Of a stretch of 23,398 nt of DNA, positions 16,504 through 23,398 are shown in pieces. Numbering within the stretch: position 1 is the stretch's first letter; each line of letters opens with the position of its first letter. Below the pieces are notes generated by a model. That model saw nothing but the letters and a program-made list of their open reading frames with translations. It ran no database searches and had not been told where the DNA came from. A program made the position numbers and the translations under genes. Source of the DNA: an uncultured bacterium (lineage in GTDB: Bacteria; Lernaellota; Lernaellaia; Lernaellales; Lernaellaceae); assembly GCA_964534375.1 (NCBI GenBank), contig CAZHPN010000084.1, positions 1 through 23,398 on the forward strand, read 5' to 3'.

Positions 16504-18867
16504 ATGAAGTATTGTCGTTCGCCATGGGTTTTCTTTCTTGCCGCCGTCGCGGCGATCGTGCTGTCGGCCTCCTGTTCATCCAGCGGCGGCAGCGCCGCCG
16601 GCGGCGCCGTCGCGGACGATGACGATGACGACGCCTCACCCACCGACGACGATTCCTCGCCGGCCGCGGACGTGCTCGACTACGTCGATCCGCTGATCGG
16701 CACGGGCAGCTTCGGCATCGGCTACGCCTCGTGCTATCCGGGGCCGAGCGCGCCGTTCGGCATGGTCGGCGTCAGCCCCGACACCACGCTCGACGGCTTC
16801 GAATATTACGTGGTGCATTGTTCCGGATACTACTATTACGATCCGCAGATCCGCGGTTTCTCGCACACCCACATGCAGGGCACGGGCGTGGCGGATTACG
16901 GCAATATCCTGGTCATGCCGATGAACCGGAAGCCGGCCGCGCCGATCGCGGAGCCGACCTTCCGCAGCTCGTTCTCCCACGCCAACGAGACGGCGGCGCC
17001 GGGCTACTACAGCGTGACGCTCGACGACCCGCAGGTCTTCGCCGAACTCACCGCGACCGGATGGACGGCCATGCACCGCTACACGTGGCAGGGCGGCGGC
17101 GAACCGTACGTCGTGGTTGACCCGTCCTATTCGATCGGCGGCTCCGTGGCGCTCGAGCAACTGATTTCGGGGAATTGGGTGAACAACGCCACAGTGGCGA
17201 TCGACGCGTCGACCCAGACGGTCTCCGGCATGACCAATTTCAGCGGCGGCTTGACCAGCGGACACCCGGGCGGCACGGACATTTACTACGTGGCGCAATT
17301 CTCGCAGCCGTTCACGGCCTACGGCACGTGGACCAACGGCGAGCCGGCGGACGGCAGCGTTGCGGCGGAAGGCCACGACGTCGGCGCGTATTTCGGCTTT
17401 GCCGCGGGCGGCACGCCGTTGCTGGTCCGCGTCGCCGTCAGTTTCCAGAGCGTCGCGCAGGCGCAGGCCAACCTGGCCGCGCAGGCGCCGGAATGGGATT
17501 TCGAGGGCATGATGGACGCCACGCGCGACGCCTGGCGGCAATATCTCGGCAAGATCGAGGTGACCGGCGGCTCGCTGTCCCAGCGTCGCGTCTTCTATAC
17601 CGCGCTCTACCACGCCGGCCTGATGCCGCACGATTGGACGGAAACCAACGGCCAATACCTCGGTTTCGACGAGAAAATCCACGACGCCGGCGGGCGCCGG
17701 TACTACACCGATTTTTCGCTCTGGGACACGTTCCGCACGTTCCACCCGCTGCTGACCATGCTCGACCCGGTGCGCACCGCGGATTTCATGCAGTCGCTGA
17801 CGCTCATGTACGAACAGGGCGGCTCGATGCCGAAATGGCCGGCGGGCATCGCCTACACGCACTGCATGGACGGCACCAGCGCGGACATCGTGCTGGCGGA
17901 GGCCTACCTGAAGGGCATTCGCAATTTCGATTACGACAAAGCCTACGAAGGTTGCTACGCGCATGCGACCCACGACGTGCCCTACGACGGCCGGACGGGT
18001 CTCAAAGACTACATCACGCTCGGCTACGTGCCCGCCGATCACGAACTGCAAGGCCTGACCTACACCCTGGAATATTGCTACGACGATTCGGCGCTGTCGT
18101 CGTGGGCGGCGGCGATGGACAAGGCGGACGACGCGGCGATGTTCCTCAAACGCAGCGGCAACTACCGCAACTACTGGGATGCATCGACCGGCTTCCTGCG
18201 GCCGCGCAACGCCGACGGCTCGTGGGTGACGGTGTTCAACCCGGCGTTTTTTTACGATGTGCATTACACCGAAGGCGACGCCTGGCATTACACGTTCATG
18301 GTTCCGCACGACATCCCGGGCCTGACGGACCTTTTCGGTTCGTCGTCGGCGCTGGTCGACAAGTTGAACTACGCCTTCGAGATGAACGTGCCGTTTCAGT
18401 ATTTCGATTGGCTGCCCGGGGCGTACCTGTGGCTCGGCAACGAGCCGAGCTTGTTCCATCCGTACGTATTCGCCGCCGCCGGCCGGCCCGACCTGACGCA
18501 GAAGTGGATCCGCTGGGCGATGGCCACGAAGTACCGCGACTTTCCCGGCGGCCTGCCGGGCAACGACGACGCCGGCACGATGTCCGCGTTCTACATCTTT
18601 TCGGCCCTCGGCTTTTTTCCGCAGGCCGGCTCGGTTCGCTACGTGCTCGGCAGCCCGATTTTCGACGCCGCGGTCGTGCATTTGCCGAACGGCGATCTGA
18701 AAATCACCGTCGCGAACAACAGCCCCGACAACGTCTACGTGCAGTCGGCGACGCTCAACGGCCAAGCCCTAACGACGCCGTTCTTCACGCACGACCAGAT
18801 CGCCAACGGCGGCACGCTGGAGTTCGTCATGGGGCCGACGCCCGCCGGCGGCGGCGGGTGGCGTTGA
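16504..18867 (+). CDS. GH92 family glycoside hydrolase (alpha-mannosidase-like) lipoprotein, 787 aa
   Basis: GGAG RBS and ATG at 16504. Lipobox LSASC and Asp-rich linker. Motifs YVDPLIGTG, PFGMV, GFSHTH..GTG, FSLWDTFR, TLEY.YDD, YTEG, GNEPS and GNDDAGTMSA. Confidence 0.93.
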   Translation: MKYCRSPWVFFLAAVAAIVLSASCSSSGGSAAGGAVADDDDDDASPTDDDSSPAADVLDYVDPLIGTGSFGIGYASCYPGPSAPFGMVGVSPDTTLDGFEYYVVHCSGYYYYDPQIRGFSHTHMQGTGVADYGNILVMPMNRKPAAPIAEPTFRSSFSHANETAAPGYYSVTLDDPQVFAELTATGWTAMHRYTWQGGGEPYVVVDPSYSIGGSVALEQLISGNWVNNATVAIDASTQTVSGMTNFSGGLTSGHPGGTDIYYVAQFSQPFTAYGTWTNGEPADGSVAAEGHDVGAYFGFAAGGTPLLVRVAVSFQSVAQAQANLAAQAPEWDFEGMMDATRDAWRQYLGKIEVTGGSLSQRRVFYTALYHAGLMPHDWTETNGQYLGFDEKIHDAGGRRYYTDFSLWDTFRTFHPLLTMLDPVRTADFMQSLTLMYEQGGSMPKWPAGIAYTHCMDGTSADIVLAEAYLKGIRNFDYDKAYEGCYAHATHDVPYDGRTGLKDYITLGYVPADHELQGLTYTLEYCYDDSALSSWAAAMDKADDAAMFLKRSGNYRNYWDASTGFLRPRNADGSWVTVFNPAFFYDVHYTEGDAWHYTFMVPHDIPGLTDLFGSSSALVDKLNYAFEMNVPFQYFDWLPGAYLWLGNEPSLFHPYVFAAAGRPDLTQKWIRWAMATKYRDFPGGLPGNDDAGTMSAFYIFSALGFFPQAGSVRYVLGSPIFDAAVVHLPNGDLKITVANNSPDNVYVQSATLNGQALTTPFFTHDQIANGGTLEFVMGPTPAGGGGWR

Positions 18868-18873
18868 TGACAG

Positions 18874-19232
18874 CCGCAGATTGCGCAGATTTACGCAAAT
18901 GCACGGGCCGCGGATGGCGTTCGACAGGGCGGTGCAAGTCATGGCCCGTGCCGTATCGGCGGCCGAAGGCCGCGCTGGGTGCTTTGAGGATATCACAAAT
19001 TGTTCGCCACGATTACGCGGCTGCGCCCCGCGATACGTCATTCCCGCGGCGGCGGGAATCCGGGCAGATCGGCAGGGGCGCGTCTCCGCAACCGCCCGTC
19101 GGAATGACGCGCCGGTCGGCGCGGATCCCCAACACGTGCGCCACAATTCGGAATCGCCTGAGCAATCTGCGCAATCTGTGCAATCTGTGGACGCCCGATA
19201 TATATGATCTGTGGATATCCGATATTGTTCCC
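18874..19232. repeat. Copy B of the composite repeat, largely bracketed by a 15-bp inverted repeat
   Basis: 19011-19125 closely matches 16154-16267, and 19151-19231 matches 16071-16150. CAGATTGCGCAGATT (18877-18891) is the exact reverse complement of 19164-19178. Confidence 0.85.
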
Positions 19233-19320
19233 TCACCCGCGCCGCCGTCATTGCGGCGGGCCGGCGCAATGCGGGATCGGGCCGCCGCCGCCGCGCGCGA
19301 ACCCGGCCATGATTTCGCGG

Positions 19321-20967
19321 TCACAATGGATCGAAAAGCCCCTGCAACTGCGGCAAGACATCCCGGCGGACCAGGAAAATCGTCGGGTCCGGGAAGTTCT
19401 TCAAGGTCATCTCCCGGTACTCGTTCGGCGGCGCCCGCTTGAGCGCATTGCGCGCGTCTTTGCCGGCGGACGACGCGAGCCAGGCCGCGGCGTTTTTGGC
19501 GAGACGCCGGGAATCCAGCGCCGGCAGCGGGCCGAAACTGACGAAGACGAGGCTGGGTCGAAGCGCCAAAACGCGGCCCGGATCGGTTTTTTCGTGACCC
19601 GCGTAGCCCCGGCCCATCCGCCGGAACTCGTGGGCCAAGACCGGATCCGTCAAGCCTAACGCGTCGTGCACGCAAAAGCGCGGACCGAGGCGATAGGGCA
19701 ACACCCCCGCCGTCAGCGTATAAAAACTCCACTTGCCGTCGGGAAGGCGGTCGCGCAGGGCGACGCCGAGACGGCTCCATTGAGACATCAGATTATCTTC
19801 GAAACGGCGCTTGGCCCAATCCATGATTTGGAAGTGCGTCCAGCCGGCCGCCAACAGGTAGAGAACCGCGGCCACGCGCCAGGGCCGGCGTTTCGGCCAG
19901 CGCCGGCGGATCCGGGCCAGCCAATCGTCCTGGAGAGTGCCGAGCATCCAGGCGGTGAGCGGCAACAGCGGCACGAAGAAGCGGCCGTACGAGATGTAAT
20001 CGCCGCCCACGTAGCAGTTGTAGGCGATATAAGCGGCAGTCCAGGCGAGGAAGAGCACGCTTCGCGTTCGCCAAGGCGCCGCGCGGCGTCCGACGGTCAG
20101 GCACAAAACGATCGCGGCCAGGCTCAACGGGTTGGAGAAAAGCCAGCCCGTGGAATAGAGGAAGCCGCGCAGAAACATCAGCAGGCTGCCGCCGTCCACT
20201 TTGACGTAGTAGGGATTGGGGAACGGATACCCGTAGTAAGACCACCGCCAGGCCAGCGCCGGCGCGAAGACCACGGCAAAGGCGCCCAGCAACGCGGCCG
20301 GTTCCCGCCGGCGCCGCCGGCCGACGCCGAAGCCATACGCCAGCGCCGCGGCGAGCACGGCGAACAGCGCCGCTTCCATGCGCACATCCGCCGCGAGGCC
20401 CAGCGCCGCGCCGGCCGGCGCCGCCGGCCAGCCGCGTTCGAGATGCTGCACCAACAGATAAAAACCAAGAAACATCAACATCGAGAAAAAAATGGTCTCC
20501 ATCCCCGAGTTCACATAGAGCAAGGTCGTCGGGTAAAGCCCCACGATCGCCGCCGCGACCCACGGGGAGCGGGACGGTTCGCCGGAACCTGGCGGCGGGA
20601 GGGACAAATGGGCGACCAGCAGCAGCATCACGAACAGCGCCAGGTAATTGAGCAGCGCCGCCAGCAAGGCCGGCTGGCAACAAACCTTGGCCAGCAAACC
20701 CAGCAGCAGGGCGAAGAGGAAATTCGAGAACGCCTCGACGCGCTCGCCCGGGTTGTAGACCAGGCCGTCGCCGTGGGCGAAGTTCTCGACGCAACGGTAG
20801 GTGATGTAGGCGTCTTCGATCGAGCGGAAGTGGAACATTCGCCCCAGCGCCATGGCGGCCAAGACAGCGCCCAACGCCAACGGCCAAAGACGACGATCGC
20901 TTGCGCCGTTGCGACACGCTGAACCGAAAGCCCGCCACGGGCTCATGTGCCGGTCCGAGTCTTCCAC
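19321..20967 (-). CDS. Polytopic membrane glycosyltransferase of GT-C type (ArnT/AftB-like)
   Basis: Characteristic first loop EDAYITYR...GDGLVYNPGERVEAFSNFL, plus SGMET, PFPNPYYVK, GGDY...RFFVP and DALGLTDP. GGAGA RBS 8 nt before GTG 20967. Confidence 0.78.
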   Translation of the reverse strand: MEDSDRHMSPWRAFGSACRNGASDRRLWPLALGAVLAAMALGRMFHFRSIEDAYITYRCVENFAHGDGLVYNPGERVEAFSNFLFALLLGLLAKVCCQPALLAALLNYLALFVMLLLVAHLSLPPPGSGEPSRSPWVAAAIVGLYPTTLLYVNSGMETIFFSMLMFLGFYLLVQHLERGWPAAPAGAALGLAADVRMEAALFAVLAAALAYGFGVGRRRRREPAALLGAFAVVFAPALAWRWSYYGYPFPNPYYVKVDGGSLLMFLRGFLYSTGWLFSNPLSLAAIVLCLTVGRRAAPWRTRSVLFLAWTAAYIAYNCYVGGDYISYGRFFVPLLPLTAWMLGTLQDDWLARIRRRWPKRRPWRVAAVLYLLAAGWTHFQIMDWAKRRFEDNLMSQWSRLGVALRDRLPDGKWSFYTLTAGVLPYRLGPRFCVHDALGLTDPVLAHEFRRMGRGYAGHEKTDPGRVLALRPSLVFVSFGPLPALDSRRLAKNAAAWLASSAGKDARNALKRAPPNEYREMTLKNFPDPTIFLVRRDVLPQLQGLFDPL

Positions 20968-21236
20968 TCGTCTTATCTCCGGGGACTAACCAATTCCCCA
21001 TCGCACGCGAAAGAGTCTCAGGGCGTTCCCGACGCCCGTGCCAGCGCTGCAACTGCAACTTGCAAAACTTCGTTCACAAAACTCGAAAAATAAGGCTGAA
21101 CGGACCCACCCGGTCGCTTCCGCCAATCGCGAAAGCCGTAAAAATCATGTTGCCGACTTTAGGCGCCGTCGCGACCGCGACCGTTTCCGTGCATATACCG
21201 CTATGCTGATCGTGGTCGCACTCCATTGCGAGACGA

Positions 21237-21266
21237 ACGTTATCTTGGTTTCCAATCTTCTGTCAA
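21237..21266 (-). promoter_or_regulatory. Candidate sigma70-type promoter upstream of the GT-C gene
   Basis: Minus strand TTGACA-N18-TAACGT with an A/T tract upstream. Confidence 0.35.
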
Positions 21267-21468
21267 GAAAAAAATGCGAGAATTTTTTCGGCGAGACGGA
21301 TGCTCGTTTTTTGCGGCGCGGGAAGATGAGAAGACCGTCCGGCCGCCGCTGGGAGTGCTCGTCGAAATGACGAGGTGGGCGGATTGAATCGTGGCGCATG
21401 ATCCGGGTCGCGAACACAGGGGACGCGGCCTGTCGCGGAAGAATGATTCCCGCGCGCCCGCGCCGCGG

Positions 21469-22695
21469 TTACTCTGGCGAGCCGTAGTGGAGGATCGTCC
21501 CGCCCACGCCGACGGCGAACACGTCGGTGGCGGAGCTTCCCCAAACGCCGTTCAACGGGGCAGTCGTCCCGCTGGCCATCGCCGACCACGAGGAACCGTC
21601 ATAGTGCACGATCAGCCCGCTGAAACCCACGGCAAACACGTCCGAGGCCGAGCTTCCCCAAACACTGTACAAATCGCACGTGGCAGAGGTCATCGCCGAC
21701 CACGACGAACCGTCGTAGTGGAGAATCGCGGCGGTGGCAGGAGAAGGAACCCCTCCCACGGCGAAAACGTCGGAGGCCGAGCTTCCCCAGACACCAGACA
21801 AATTCCACGTTGCCTCCACCGGGACAGTCATCGCCGACCACGAGGAACCGTCATATCGCAGGATCAGGCCGGAAGCTGCACCGGGCTTATCTTCATCTCC
21901 CACGGCAAACACATCGCTGGCGGCGCTTCCCCAAACGCTTGACATCCACGCGCGCATCGCGCCTCTTATTTGCGTCCACGAGGAACCGTTGTAATGCTCA
22001 ATAAAACCGTCTCCCACCGCGAACACGTCCTGGGAAGAGATTCCCCAAACTGCGTTCATGGCACAGTCGAGCGAAGTGTCCATGGCGGACCATGAGGCGC
22101 CGTCGTAATGGAAGATCTGGTCGCCGACGGCGAACACGTCGGCGGCCGAGGTCCCCCAGACGCCAAACAATCGCCCCGATAGCCCCGCCGGCGGCGTCAT
22201 CGCCGACCACGAGGACCCGTCGTAGTGCAGGAGCGCGTCTTCGACCGGGCCGTCATAGTAAAATACGCCATATCCTACTGCGAACACGTCCGAGGCTGAG
22301 CTTCCCCAAACGCCGCACATATTACCCGACGTTCCGCTCTTCATCCCCGACCAGGAGAGCGCGCTGTCGTCGTTGTCATCGTCATCGTCGTCGGCTGGCG
22401 AAATGTCGTCGTCTGGCGAGGCGTCATCATCCGGAGACGCATCGTCATCGTCGCTGCACCCGTTCGCCGCGCAGGACGTTCCGGCTCCCGCCCAGCCCGC
22501 TCCGAGATCGTGGTAAAGCTCGCATAGTTCCGCAGTGGTATCCGTGCAGGCGCCGTCCATGAAACAGCAAGCGCCGAGTGGGTCGGAATGATGGACGCCG
22601 CTGCTCGCAGTGGACCGACCGCCGCAGCCTGCGGCAAAGCCGACGACCGCCAAGGCCAGGCAAACGAGAAAAACGAAACAACTAATTGGGCGCAT
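21469..22695 (-). CDS. Lipoprotein with Cys-rich GACC module, Asp-rich linker and a seven-repeat beta-propeller (408 aa)
   Basis: GGGGAG RBS and ATG at 22695. Lipobox FAAGC; GACCFMDGAC...GTSC...GC; DDDDASP repeats; seven repeats of VWGSSASDVFAVG...HYDGSSW. Confidence 0.85.
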   Translation of the reverse strand: MRPISCFVFLVCLALAVVGFAAGCGGRSTASSGVHHSDPLGACCFMDGACTDTTAELCELYHDLGAGWAGAGTSCAANGCSDDDDASPDDDASPDDDISPADDDDDDNDDSALSWSGMKSGTSGNMCGVWGSSASDVFAVGYGVFYYDGPVEDALLHYDGSSWSAMTPPAGLSGRLFGVWGTSAADVFAVGDQIFHYDGASWSAMDTSLDCAMNAVWGISSQDVFAVGDGFIEHYNGSSWTQIRGAMRAWMSSVWGSAASDVFAVGDEDKPGAASGLILRYDGSSWSAMTVPVEATWNLSGVWGSSASDVFAVGGVPSPATAAILHYDGSSWSAMTSATCDLYSVWGSSASDVFAVGFSGLIVHYDGSSWSAMASGTTAPLNGVWGSSATDVFAVGVGGTILHYGSPE

Positions 22696-22741
22696 GTCCG
22701 CTCCCCTGACGCCTCCAGGCGATTTCTTTGGTTGCGAGGCG

Positions 22742-22770
22742 ATTACACGCCCGCGCGACCGGGAAGTCAA
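22742..22770 (-). promoter_or_regulatory. Candidate sigma70-type promoter for the propeller lipoprotein
   Basis: Minus strand TTGACT-N17-TGTAAT, 46 nt upstream of the ATG. Confidence 0.4.
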
Positions 22771-23398
22771 CGCTGACCGCGCGTCGAGCGTGCGCCGGGT
22801 CCACAACGCGAAGGCAAAAAGGGCGCCCGCACTTCGGCCCCAGCGGCGAGCCGGCGTCCGCGGAAGGAACAGCCGTACGACGTGCCGGCCATGAGGGCGC
22901 GGGAGCATGAGAGGACGATCCGGCTGCTGCCGGGGATGCTCGCCGAAATGAAGAAAAAGACAGTTCCGCGTCTTTGGTTGCGGCCAACGGCCGCGCAGCG
23001 AGACTGTCGACAAATTGCCCCCGTCTGCCGACCACCGATAGCTGTGAACTTGAAGTTTTTGGGTCGCGCAAACCGAAATGTGGAATGTTGAACGGCGAAT
23101 TTCGGGCGGCGTCGGCAATTCTGCATTCGCCATTCGCCATTGTGCGGGGGTTCGCAAGAAAATCGATCAATCCGAGATGATCGACAGTCTCCTATGGGAC
23201 CTAAAGTTCTCGGATAGTTCCGATAGGCGCCTCGATTATTTCCCGGAAACTCCGTTGGCGGCAGCCCCGCGCCGCATGGCTGTCGCGCGCCGCCCACCAA
23301 CGCCTCCCCGATTGGCATCATTTACGTTCGTGCAGCAGACGGCATCGCCGTGCAAAAGTTTAGTGATGTGAGCCTGGAGTTTCCGCGTTGATCGTCAC

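Noticed and set aside
16636..19442. Long alternative ORFs 16636-18765 (-) and 17175-19442 (+)
   Set aside because: Arg/Ala/Gly-rich shadow frames of the GH92 gene, expected in high-GC DNA, with no recognisable motifs.
19666..21058. ORFs 19666-20922 (+) and 19793-21058 (-)
   Set aside because: Shadow and alternate frames of the GT-C gene.
21480..22350. Regularly spaced DNA repeats resembling a CRISPR array
   Set aside because: They are in-frame, degenerate codon repeats of propeller blades, and no cas genes are present.
22725..22982. 12-bp direct repeat TCTTTGGTTGCG at 22725 and 22971
   Set aside because: Only two copies, with no terminal inverted repeats or element between them, so there is too little to call a target-site duplication or operator.
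22696..23157. N-terminal extension of the 562-aa minus-strand ORF
   Set aside because: The RBS, lipoprotein signal and candidate promoter all point to ATG 22695.

Overview
GC-rich bacterial DNA, probably from a diderm (it encodes lipoproteins and an outer-membrane barrel), devoted almost entirely to surface polysaccharide biology. At the left edge is the start of a minus-strand cellulose operon (bcsR-like, bcsQ, 5' end of bcsA). Running divergently are a GlsB/YeaQ/YmgE small membrane protein, an AlgI/PatA-type MBOAT O-acyltransferase and an exported TPR protein. These are followed by a tightly coupled operon (5799-15434) that looks like a synthase-dependent exopolysaccharide system matching none of the canonical bcs/pga/pel/alg layouts. 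Its genes encode a polytopic membrane protein, a processive GT2 (split by a 1-nt frameshift), a membrane-anchored beta-helix protein, a CE4-like deacetylase, a lipoprotein with two tandem helical glycosidase-like domains, a YaiO-like beta-barrel, an SGNH protein and a small exported protein. To the right are a 44-aa membrane peptide whose Shine-Dalgarno lies in a predicted stem (type I toxin-like), REP-like palindromes and a composite repeat flanking a GH92 lipoprotein gene, a GT-C-type membrane glycosyltransferase and a seven-repeat beta-propeller lipoprotein. I saw no rRNA, tRNA, CRISPR array or transposase. All family calls come from motif recognition by eye, not database searches.
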